From contig OZ076409.1 of assembly GCA_964187785.1 (NCBI GenBank), forward strand, positions 39,124,001 through 39,188,000: a stretch of 64,000 bases of DNA, read 5' to 3'. The position numbers and the translations under genes are program-made. Source of the DNA: Amphiscolops sp. MND2022. Its lineage: Eukaryota. The stretch's first letter is position 1, and each line of letters opens with the position of its first letter. This document shows, one piece after another, positions 1 to 11,600 of this stretch. The notes under the pieces were generated by a model that was given only the letters and a program-made list of their open reading frames with translations, searched no databases and was not told the origin of the DNA.

Positions 1-3000
1 AGACGAGTACTTTCGTAATTTTGGCACAGAAAACAACAAATATTTAATTGAGTGTGAGAAGTTTCAAGAGCCACGAACAAAAGAAAATAAACTAGAGGGC
101 CGTTCGCATATATTTGGATGGCGCTCTTCTCACACAATTCAGTTTTCTTACGATCAATCTCAATAATAAGCCGGCATAGGTCGGCGCCCCGCTTAAGGCT
201 CAAAAACCGCCATTCAAAATACTTCAATTGTTTTTTAAAAAAAGATAGAGACTTTTATGGAAAATGGAAAATTTTCGGGAAGAAAGTTTCCCAGTGCCGA
301 ATTTTGACGGCGGATTCGAAATTTTCTGTCCAGGATCAAACGACTGATTTGTCGAAATTCGAGATGTGACATTGAAGCAAATTAGGAAATGTCCTATTCA
401 CTGCCAGTGAAAATGAAGAGATGTTAGTTTGGATTCTCGGGAAAGTGTTCCGTTCGGAAAGCAAATATTCATTCTCATTTATTCATTGAAATTATTTAAA
501 CAAAGAATCAACGGGAAGGGAACATTTAAAAATGAATAACCAATTTGGACGCCTGATTACTTTTCAAATCCGTGCCCACGCCAGTTATCGATTCATGGAA
601 ACTCAAAGAAGGCTCTCCGATAAAAGTTGAAGGGAAGAAGTAGATACAGTTCAGCGGACACCGATTTTTTGACAATTTTCAAAGTGAATATTTGGAAGCG
701 AAAGTGAAGGTGTTCCGTCAAATCAGTACCTCTGACAACGTAATATAGTCAAATAGAATATTTTAAGGAAAATGATTGATTTGAAATTATATTGGCGATG
801 TCACGTCAGATGAAGACGAACTATCTTATCAATTAGAAGATTGGATAAAATGAAACTGACCCCTTTTTGTAGATTGGATTCGTGGAAAAAAGTTCTTGGA
901 ATTCTTTTTACAGCCAATTGACCACCAACGGTAAATAGTTAAAGGTTTGTTGGTTTGAGAATTAACGCTTCATGAAGTGAATCAATAACCTGAGAAAAGA
1001 TTGATGGAAGTAACAAAAAATTGCTAGTACTGGAATTGTTTGAAAAATCGCATGTTTGGTGTTCATAGTAGCTGACAGTTCTCTGCATCATGATTTTGAA
1101 ATGTTAACCCCAAAAAACAAATTTACGACCATACAATTTTCTCCCTTCCAGGCTTGAGTTTCAATGAGAAAAAACAAACAATCGAAGAAAAACTGTTCAG
1201 AACTTGCTTTCTGAAGACCTGAAGGATAAAAACAACATTCATGTTTGGCACGAAATGACAGCGTTTGCGATATGATAGCAATAATTTCAATGCATTGTCT
1301 GCATCAGATTTGATAGAAGTATTGTAAAGCCGTCGGGACAAAGTCTGGCGTATTACCACTATTATTGTAGACATACATCTTTGAACAATTAAAAGTCTTG
1401 CAAATCGATCTCGACATCAAAGTGTTTGACATTGTCGAAGATTTTCATTCGCCAAAAAATGTAAGGTACAAATCTTTTGAACACCTTTAGGACACTGCAT
1501 CAAGGCCTTGAACTAAAAATTGTGATTCTTGCTACGTGAAAAGAACAAACTCTATTCAATTTAGAACCGCCGTCTCAAAGAGCCAAATGAGTGGTCTCGA
1601 AAAGCTGCTTTTTAGTACCTGTAAACCCCCTCCGTGTTTCCCCATCACTGTAAAGACAATGTCCAAACTTCACTTTCTGTTCCTCCGTTTCAGCACTGTG
1701 TCCAGACTCAGTTTTCTGATTGATACTCTCCGAATTTATTTCATTTCGTCCACTTGACTGTCAAGATAGTGCCAAGACTTCATCGATTGATTGAAAAGTA
1801 GACAGTATCAAAGTTTTTCATTCCTTTTTAACGTTAATTCCAGTTTTGTTTACCGTTCCGTAGTCTGCGACTGCCTTCGCCCCAAAAAAAAACAAAAACC
1901 TGTGTCTTTTCGAAAAAAGCAACGCCTGGAGACTACTCCGCGCACATAATGTAATACTTTTGAACATTACCAAGTGCAAATGTCCAGAGTCAATTAGTTA
2001 TTTGACCTCTTGGATGTAACGGACTACGGCCAAACGTTTTCATCTAGTGAACCATTGGCAGACCCCGTGCAATAAAAAGTACAAACGTTTTCAATTAAAC
2101 GTGCGAAAGCGAAAGCCGAATTGAAAAGGTTTCAAAAAGATGTGACACAAGCAGCTAGCATTGCCGACAGACCCCCCACCTTTTGGGAAGATGCTATTGT
2201 AAAAGATGCTAACTATGAGTCGGAAATAGTGGTAACTGTAGGTATTGCCGCTTCAATAGCTATTACTTCTGCATTGATACCACCTCAGCAACGAAAGGGT
2301 AGTGTTTCTGAACAGGCACTTGCGACGACAGGTGATATGAATCAAACATTCGTGACAACAACCGTCCCTCCATGAAAGATTTTGAATCCTGCAGCTGTTG
2401 TACAACCTACAATGTTTGACTAAATGCCGAATCGTCCACTTCGGTAGTTATACTGAAACAAGCTGTTCAACAACTGTTTCTACAAAAGCCTCAAGCTTCA
2501 ATGTGCAAGTTCTGAATCCACAAGCAACAGCAAGGACTTTTCCGAACCCGATAGTTACCACTGCATCGATTGAAACAACAATTCAAGCCACAGCATAGCA
2601 ACAAGCGTCTTCATACCAAAACCGTTCACTCACAGGCCCGTGTATTCACCTGCTACTGTACCCGTCACCAGTGGAATAACTGTTTTTAATTTCCTACTGA
2701 CAACTTCAGTACGGAATTTAATTACAAGCCAGCAGAACCACCAATGACGTTTTATAGTCCATCAGCCGTCACCGTGACAGCCGCAGCTTTATCGATGCTG
2801 CAACCAAGTTCAGCCTGACTCACTATACAAAATCCAGTCTGATGTTAGCTTCAGTCACAACTCGTCGCAATTGAAAGGCTTGAATTGATCAGCCAATTCA
2901 GGAGTGGCAGAGTCCTATTCAAAGTCACTGCTTAGGATGAATAGAGTCGCCCTTAGAAACTTCGGAACAGAATTTCGGAGGAGGCAACCTCTAGTTCTTT

Positions 3001-5510
3001 CTTGCCTAGCTTGTTGTGTTGACAAGCTTTCCACCAACAAAGATGCACAACAGCGTGGGTATCATCAGTTACTCAGCAGCAACCTGTTTTATTGTTTGCG
3101 TTTTTTGATTTTTAAACTAAATGATCTGCTCATGGCATCTTTGCTTGGACACGCTGTGCAAAAGTTCCCACCATAAATAAAACAAGCATCATCTCTGCCC
3201 ACTGTGCAATTAGACAGAACAACACTTATTGACAACATGAACACTCTAACACAACGAAGCAAAACAGGAAAACAGTATTAATGCGACAATTATCATGACC
3301 AAGATTTGCCTCAAACTATCGCTGCAACGAGTTCTGTTTAACAAAATGCCAGCACTGTTGCCAAAACTGACGAACCACCCTGGAACTTAAGTTGTATGCT
3401 ATGCAAACGATTTTTGCGGAAAGGTCCGGCATTCAGAAGTAGGACACCCACAGATAGAGAACAAGTTTTGTTGCTGATGAACTTTGCTTTTCATCATTCG
3501 ATCACAAGAACTCGCTTCCCAACGCGCGCACTGCTTCAGGTGTACGAAAGATAGTTTTGTGTACTGCGAGAGTTCACAAAACATTTTCTTAAATGGAGCA
3601 GATCACAGTTCAACGAGAAACTCACTTTAGTGAGCAAAGACAAAACTGGGCCTAAAATTCTGCCTGTTATTCTGTCTGTAGCCAAATAGTTAAGAAACGA
3701 CAACATTTTTATGCTGACGGTGATGCGCCAGTGGCTCTATTCTTTAGACATGCAACAGGTGATTATCTTTATCCGCTGGAGCCCTCGAACTAGTACCAGT
3801 GAATGCAAGGAACAAGGTCAGCTCATGTCAAGTGACAACCCCGTTCTTGCAGAAACGCGTTGTCTCTTCTCAGCCAGTTCTCTTGGCGGCAGCCCTTGGC
3901 TCAAAGGTCCTTCATTCGCGCGAACACTTGACAGGAAATATAAACCCCCAACAAAAAAATTCAGACACCCCTATGTCGGAGCGTATATCTTCCAAAAACT
4001 ATTTACCTTTCTATCTCGACATTGTTTGATAATACTAGTTAACAGACTTTGTGCTTCCCTCAGTTTGGTTTTTCAAACATAACGATCATTGGTGTATTTC
4101 ATGTTCAAATACACATAGAGTAAAAACAATCTGATCGTTTTTATCTCTTCAAACTGGCAGTAGTTATTCGGGAAAAATAGTTTCACACGAATTTTGAAAC
4201 CAGTTTTAGAATCTTTTATCGGCATATCCGATTGTCATTAGGTTACAAAGATTTCTCTGTTGATAGTTTTATAGAACAGAGATAGAAATAAGAGTTTCGA
4301 AGACCAAAGATTACTGACTTTTGTGGAAACAATCACAAAAGGGCCCTTTAGGCTACACAAACTGCTTTGTAGAGCAAATCGGATACGGTTTCTCTGGAAC
4401 TTGTTGGAAAGTTTCCAAACTGACACTCGAAAAGCCAAACCGGCTTCTCGTCAAAGCTTTTCGGACATGAAAACAACCAAAATTTTCAGCGTTGAGTTTC
4501 TTCAAAAAACTCTGGCTGTTTTATTGTCTTGACCGCAAATCTAGTTAATTACAGATCGTTTTTGATGACGTTTTATTCGTCTTATCCGAAACTCCTTTTT
4601 TCATAACACGAGTTACGAGTTACATGGTTGGTGAAACGGTAAAATCTTAAACAACTTAGAAGCACAATATTTGATTTCCATATTTGATATACTGCGAAAA
4701 AATCCAAAGTTTGCATTTGAGGGCAAGGAAACGATTTTTTACTGACTGTTAATATCTCAAATACCCAATTTCGTGATTTTTCCGAAGGTTTTTTGTTCCA
4801 AAAAATATCAAACTGTGCCGAAATTGCCCAAAGGTGTGAACCTCTACGCTCAAAAAACGCGTTTTACAAACTGAAAATATCAGAAAAACCGAAGCAGCGA
4901 ACCTCTAGTCAAAATAGAAAATCCTAAAAAGTTGCACACAGCCGAAAAACCGTATGTTTTTCCATAACTGTTGAGAAAACACTCATCAGTGACACAGGAC
5001 CAAAAAACACCCAAAAAAAGTCACCCTCAAGGCTCGGAAATATGTTTTGCTAAACAGAAAACCCCAAAAACCATAATTTTGTGATAAAAGTCATCTGTGC
5101 AATTTCAAGATAATGATACACTTTATTATTTATTGAAATTAAATCTGAAGTTACTGTTGCAAACGTTGGAAGCCTCAGAAAAACTTAGTGAAATGAAAAA
5201 TTTATATAAAATAACTACTACAATAATTTATCTTTGCAGTGTACAATCCGTAGTACCAATCGTAGCATGAGGTCCATTATTGTGACCATCATGCTACGAT
5301 CTCACTACTAGAGACATGTTGTGAGTGTTCCCCGGCAATGATTACAAATGGCAGTGATTCCAAAAACATGCGAAAAACACAATGCACCCTGCTTTTTAGC
5401 AGAACGAACTTGGTTATCAAGTTTTGTTTATTCTTTTTTCTTTTGTTGAATAAAATTTTTAAGTTGAACGTATAATTTTCAAAAGAAGGACTCAGAAATA
5501 GAAAAAGTAT

Positions 5511-5670
5511 AATTTGAAGGACTCAGAAATGGAAATCAACAACTAATATAAAAACTTTGTATGTTCTTAACTTGAAAATAAGATTTCAAGTTGAAATCTT
5601 ATTTTCAAGTTAAGAACATACAAAGTTTTTATAATAGTTGTTGTATTTCCATTTCTGAGTCCTTCAAATT
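5511..5670. repeat. Near-perfect ~160-bp palindrome (fold-back)
   Basis: Left arm aatttgaaggactcagaaatggaaat...aagatttcaa is the reverse complement of right arm ttgaaatctt...atttctgagtccttcaaatt, with a few mismatches or indels; centre at about 5590. Confidence 0.9.
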
Positions 5671-6151
5671 CTGATCAATCCTCGCGTACGTTGCATAAAC
5701 GAGTTGATGTTTTGAAAAAAATTTTGAAGGTGTTTTCTCCAGACCGTAGTTTGATATTGCGTCGTTTTGATATTACCATACATAATCGTTTGATTTTTGG
5801 CTCTTAAAAATGTCAAGAATGGACCATTTAATAGTAGTTTTGAGTTAAACGCTTGTGATGCGTGGACATATATCTAATTAGGCGCATTCTGCACTGTAGA
5901 GAACTTTGAACGTGCCTGAGAAAAAGCTATCACACTTTTATACACTTCTTTAAGATTCTTTTTATGCCTACGTCGATAAAATTCACTTTTTCATGCGTCC
6001 AATCAAAATTATGCGTTCACTGTGAACAAAGTTTACGGCTCTATAGAACCATAATTAGCTCAGTATTAGAAAAACTATCTATGTCACATTATGAACTGCA
6101 GAGCACTGCCGTGAAGTTAATGAAGCTGCTTTCAAAATTAGAGCTCCAAAA

Positions 6152-7861
6152 ATGGACGATCAATCTATAAACAACAAAGAGTCTGAGACAATGAAAACCG
6201 ACAGCGAAGAGCTTTTCCAGAAATTATCCAAACTTTTAGACGATCTTCAATCCAGACGACAGAACGAACATAAGGAAAAGGTTGAGAATGGAACCCACAA
6301 TGACGAAGATGCTGAAAGTTTAAAATTTACCAATTTGCAGTTGAAGGGACAGATCGAAGAATTAAAATACGAGCTGACCAAAAAGAACAAAATGAAAGAA
6401 GAAATCAAGGCTTTGAAAGAAGAATTACAAAAGCAAAGCGAAGATATGAGTGAAACAGAAAAGAAGTTGAAAGCTGAAATCGAAGCTTTGGCATCTAAAA
6501 ATGGAGAGTTAATTTCGCAAGTTGCGGTTTTGGAGAAGGACAAAGAAACAGCCATCACGAGGTGTGAACAATCCGAGAAGCTAATGACCGAAAAGAGGAC
6601 CAAGGTTCATGAACTTGTTGACGAAAACGATGAGTTGCGTGAAGAGATAGGAAAACTGGAGAACAAAAATTTACAACTTGATGAAGAAATTGCAGAGCTT
6701 GAATTGACAGTCAAGAATTTAGAAGCTGATAAAAAAGTTACCGAAGAAAGTAATTCGACATTACATGACCAAATATCAAAACTACAGATTGAGTTTGACG
6801 GATTCAAAGCGGAAAACAACAAAAATGGTTCAGATGGAGAATCGTCCAGTACAAAAACTGATGAGTTGATGAAAGAAAAAGGAGAACTATTGGATGAGCT
6901 GGCTAAATTACGAACTGAAATTGAAAATTCAATAAGTTCAGGAAAACAACGGCCGTCTGCGAATAATGAAGAAATTGGAAAGTTAAGAAGTGAATTGGAA
7001 CAAGAAAAACAGAAAGTCCTTGACTTTGAAAAGACATCGAAAGACCTTTCAACGCAACTTGATGATTTAGCGAAGCAAAATGGAAAATATCAAGAACTTT
7101 TGGAGGCGCTAACCAAGGATACAGAAAATGACAAAAAGCGATCGACGGAAGATAGAATAGAAATTGACAAGATTCTGGCTGAAAATGAAGAATTGAAGAA
7201 AAGATTACAAAAAGCTTTGGTTGGAAACCAAAATGACGGCGGCACTGATAAGGCTCTCTCGAGGAAATCGGAGCAAGATAGTTCCGACTTAGAGACTGAT
7301 AGCCAAGTCAGCAATCGGTCAACAGAGAGTTCAACTGTCGACAGCGAGCTGAACACTGATAATAAACAGATCCTTTCACAGACAGTTTTTGACGCAAAAC
7401 TTGAGTGTGGGAAAGAAGAACCTGAACAAACTAACGGAGTAGAGGAGAAGATCGACGGTAGAAAATGCGAAGTTTCGCAACAGAAACCCGAGTTTGAAAA
7501 ACCTCTACTGCGCAATGACGTCACCGATGGCAATTCATTCTCTTCCAAAAACGAAACTTCAAAGGATTATCATGACAATTATCAGAACGGTGAGGCTGAA
7601 AATAAAAATGATAGCACAGTACCCGGTAATAGCCAAAGAAATCATATTCCAAATGGTGCAAATGTCCCTATGGCAGAGAATACATTCGCAGTAGAGAAGT
7701 ATGAAGAAACCAACTCCGAAAATAGAAAAGACCAACAGCAGCATGTTACAATAAGACCCACGCTTCGAAGCACCCTAGTTTGTAGCTGTGAACAATGTGT
7801 GAAACAGAACGAAAAACTAGAACAGCTCAAAATTAAATATTTTGGATCGAGTTTCATTTAG
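6152..7861 (+). CDS. Intronless coiled-coil protein, 569 aa, function unknown
   Basis: Long uninterrupted ORF. About the first 350 aa are E/K/L-rich with heptad character, followed by an acidic/polar tail and a C-terminal CSCEQC. AATAAA at about 7920. Confidence 0.75.
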   Translation: MDDQSINNKESETMKTDSEELFQKLSKLLDDLQSRRQNEHKEKVENGTHNDEDAESLKFTNLQLKGQIEELKYELTKKNKMKEEIKALKEELQKQSEDMSETEKKLKAEIEALASKNGELISQVAVLEKDKETAITRCEQSEKLMTEKRTKVHELVDENDELREEIGKLENKNLQLDEEIAELELTVKNLEADKKVTEESNSTLHDQISKLQIEFDGFKAENNKNGSDGESSSTKTDELMKEKGELLDELAKLRTEIENSISSGKQRPSANNEEIGKLRSELEQEKQKVLDFEKTSKDLSTQLDDLAKQNGKYQELLEALTKDTENDKKRSTEDRIEIDKILAENEELKKRLQKALVGNQNDGGTDKALSRKSEQDSSDLETDSQVSNRSTESSTVDSELNTDNKQILSQTVFDAKLECGKEEPEQTNGVEEKIDGRKCEVSQQKPEFEKPLLRNDVTDGNSFSSKNETSKDYHDNYQNGEAENKNDSTVPGNSQRNHIPNGANVPMAENTFAVEKYEETNSENRKDQQQHVTIRPTLRSTLVCSCEQCVKQNEKLEQLKIKYFGSSFI

Positions 7862-8664
7862 TGGACTAATGAAAGTTGATTTAGAGCAATATTGATGTTA
7901 CTATAAAGTTTGGATACTAAATAAATGGGAAAACTTATAAAAACGAAAACCTTTACTTTAGCTCGTCAAAAAAGTTGTTGGTTTTTTGAAACTTTTCACA
8001 ATTCAAATGCCAGTTTTTTCAAATTTTCAAGTTTTTTTTCAATGAGTAGCAATTTTCTTCAACAAAAATTTATTCTCCAACCAAGGGAAACGAAATGTTG
8101 AGAGTCAAAATTGCTTAGTGAGACAAGAACTTAAATCATAAAACAGAAGTATGGACGCTCAGTCAGTATCAGGATGACCAAGAAAGATGCTCCATAAAAG
8201 TTACTAGACCAGTGGAGGGGAAGTCTGTATTGGTTCAGAACTGCCAGATGAACTCAAATGATTAAAAGCTTAAACATAATGCAACAGCTCTATCGAGGTC
8301 TAGGAAATAGTGACAGTTTTTATATTGACAGTTTTTAAGCTTTAATAACAGTTTAAGTCATCTTACAGCTTCAGCTCAAACGGTGTGAAATACTATCGGG
8401 AAAAAAATTTTCCTGATAATGATAGTCGGCGCTTTTTATCTCCAATTGATCTAAAAATTTTTTAGTTTCGAAGATTTAATGCTGGAAAATCTAGTAAGAT
8501 TAAGGGTTAGAAGAGGTGTAGGTATTGAAATTTTATCTTGAACTATTTTAAAATTATCTCCGAGTAGTAACGATGTTAACTCTTGATTATTCTAGAGCAA
8601 TCAGCTGCAGCCATGTCAGACATGTCAGTTACTGCCTGCAAATAATTTAAAATAGTGCTGAGAA

Positions 8665-11600
8665 TTAATCAGAAATAAATGAGTTGAATCTGTTAGTCGA
8701 TGGAAGATTTGTCATCTCTACAGTTGATTCCTCGTGTGGGGAAGCGAAAGACGATCTGGTTGAGATAGACAAGAAAGCCTTTTCGTCGCCAGTTGTGAGT
8801 CCAGGGTTATTTGCTTGGGGCACGTCATTTGTTCTCTGGAGAGTATATAAACCCATTTCGGGGGCAGAAGCAGCATCGATCGTTATCGAGGGTGGCAGGT
8901 GCAGATTGTACAATTCATACACTTGAAAAAAAAAGAAAGTTCGAAATTAATTACGACTTTAAATGAATGCAAGAGTTGATGAAAATCGGAAATGCATAAG
9001 GTAAGCAACATAAACCTAAAAATAATTCCTGTAAAAATTTTATTTTCATTTTTTAGCAGTTGCGATAATTGGAATCGATACAATTAATTGTAACGACCGT
9101 GCTTTTGAAGAAGAAAGAAGAAAGTTAATTTCCCCAATTCCGCGGGGTTGACACCGAATAAGCAAATCTGCTTTTCTAAGTGGGCGCCCTTTCGGATACT
9201 ATCTCCACATAGCAAGCTATAGTACCATGTTTGCAGCCAAATGGTCAAGTATTGGTGAATTTGAGGCTGTGGTTTCAAAAGGACTTGGTCAAGGTCACAA
9301 AGGCCTGACTGCTCATCGCTGCTCTTTGTATTTGCTTTTCTCCACCAAATGCGTTATCATTCTGTCACTGACCATACCACTAAGCTAGGGATGAAGGACT
9401 TGCTTAAGGCCCTACAATAGTGAGTTGAGAGAGATTCGAACCTGATACCGCCACAACGCAGACCGAATGCTCTAACCACTACACTATGCTCTCCTAGATA
9501 CTTGAAAAGAATACTCGAATAATTTGGAACGGCATCCTCCGGTACACCCAAATCAGTCGATGTTGGAATTTGGACATGCCAGAAATTCGGTCCAAAATTA
9601 AGCAAAATTTTCAGCAATAAGCTACCCTAAGTAGCGAAAACCTGAAAAATGAGTCTTTTCGCTTAAATATCTATTTTTGGTACTTGGAGCCCCTGGGCCC
9701 CAGCTTTCAGCTGTGTGGTCTGCCATATCTATACGTGCTTTGACGTATCTTCAATGTTGTTAGTTGTATTTACCTCCCCGAGAGCTAGTTATTTTAGACG
9801 TTATGTCACCCTGGAAATAGAAATTCACCTTATTCTTGGCATTGTCTTAATGTGCTCGTTAAGCGGTGGTCTTTAGAGAGTAATTGAAGGAAGACTCCCC
9901 TTACTATTAGCAATCAAAGACTAGGACCGGGTGGACGGAATTCGTCGAAGTACCCACGGCTACGGGACGTATTTCACCCCTGGAAGCAAAATGTATCTGT
10001 GGCCATGGGCGCCTGTCCCGAGCGAGACACCCATTTCTCCAATTTCCTCCGTCTCCGTAAACGCGTTAAAGCAGCTTGTCACTGCTTGCCGTTACAATTC
10101 CTTCGTATGCAAGTGTGGAAGGAAAAATGTTAGTTCCCAGGATCAGGGAATATAAAGCACGAGGTTGATTGATTTCTTTTTTGTTTTCTAACCAGTTTGA
10201 AGGAAGGCCCTTTGAAGACATCAAAAATTTTTTGAAAAAAAGTCTCACAAAGCCGAAAAAAGGGGAAGTCTCATAGTGTCGAAAAAGGTAGAAAAGGGGA
10301 CTCTTCTGATTCGGAAAAGTTTTGTATTTCATGTTAGAGGCTTTGGATGCGTTCAAAATGATCCACAAAAAGTGAACCGATCGCATCGAACTGATGAAAA
10401 GAAAACTACCCACTGTAACAGTCGTGATTTTTCTTCGAAAACACTGACCAAGAAAATAAAGAAGCAGTCTATTAAACAACATCAGGGAATTACTCACCAA
10501 CTTGATTCATCAGAAGAGGGTTGAAATTGTCAAAAAACAGACTCAACAGCAACCTGCCGTCACATTTCAAATAATTGACCGCGAATGACGTCAACTTTTG
10601 ATGATTTTTGACATAGCGCCGTAATCGATTTACTCTTGTTTCATCGGCTGCCTCCAACATGCTTCTGATAGAACTCTCAAAGCATGAACAACCAACACTG
10701 CGTATCATCCACACAAAGAAGCTGCATACGTTCAGAACTGCGAGAAGTATTAACCAAAACCATAGGAATAGAAAAAGTTTCCTATACAGTTGAAGGATAT
10801 TCAAGGAACACTGGAACTTATATGAAGTTTGTCTACCTGAAACAAATCATGTGGATTTTATGAATACCTGTTTCCAAAAACGAAAAAAATGCCTGAGTAC
10901 TACCGACATACTTTTTGTTCATTAAGGACAAAATAGGGAACAAAAAACTCGAGTAAATGGAAGAAAATTGAATTGTTCACATTATAACAAGCCCGGAAAG
11001 ACCCGATCCGGATCGAGACTCAAAAAAGCTAAATAGTCGAACAAGTTTAGGCGCTGTTTTTGGAGAAATATTTAGAGGGTCGTACAGCATCATTGAGCTC
11101 TTGTAGCTTCTATACAGTTACAAAAATCTACGAATTTGAAGTGTTTCTTCAGCTACACGTTAAAGGTAAATAGTTCTTTAAAACAATGTCATTTGTATGC
11201 TATTATTAGGGAAAATGAAACATTTCGAAATTGTGACTTAGAAAATGATTTCTTGAACGTTAAAATGTCAATGAATCTAATAGCACGGGCTACCGATTAC
11301 TCACCAATTTCCGTGACAGTCATTTGGCACAGAACATGATCTAGAAGCAGGGGCTGTTCGGGGTACCAATGAAGAAGGTACTGGAGCATCGGGGAGAAAG
11401 AAACAATTATCTGGAAACCATACGTGAGGAAATTCAGATTCAAATACCATCCCCAGAAGAAGAATACGAGAGAAGACAAAACAGCGTAAACCCATTTCAA
11501 CTCCAGGTAGGAGAGCAGCAGAAAAACTCGACATCGCATGGGGCAAGGAAAGGAAGAATTCTGAAACAAAAACACTTTGCGTTAACACTGTAAGAGTTTG

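Noticed and set aside
1500..4100. Possible ancient BEL/Pao or other retroelement remnant (Thr/Ser/Pro-rich broken frames at 2121-2900)
   Set aside because: No diagnostic motif, LTR or TSD could be identified by eye.
6247..7857. Short ORFs opposite or overlapping the long genes (also within 12753-17817, 36202-42585, 58018-63864)
   Set aside because: Shadow frames of real coding sequence, with no motifs of their own.
9420..9494. Possible tRNA gene (also 51170-51241 and a faint copy at ~52035-52110)
   Set aside because: A and B boxes are present but there is no convincing acceptor or anticodon stem, and a shared ~300-bp body follows. It is better explained as a SINE head.
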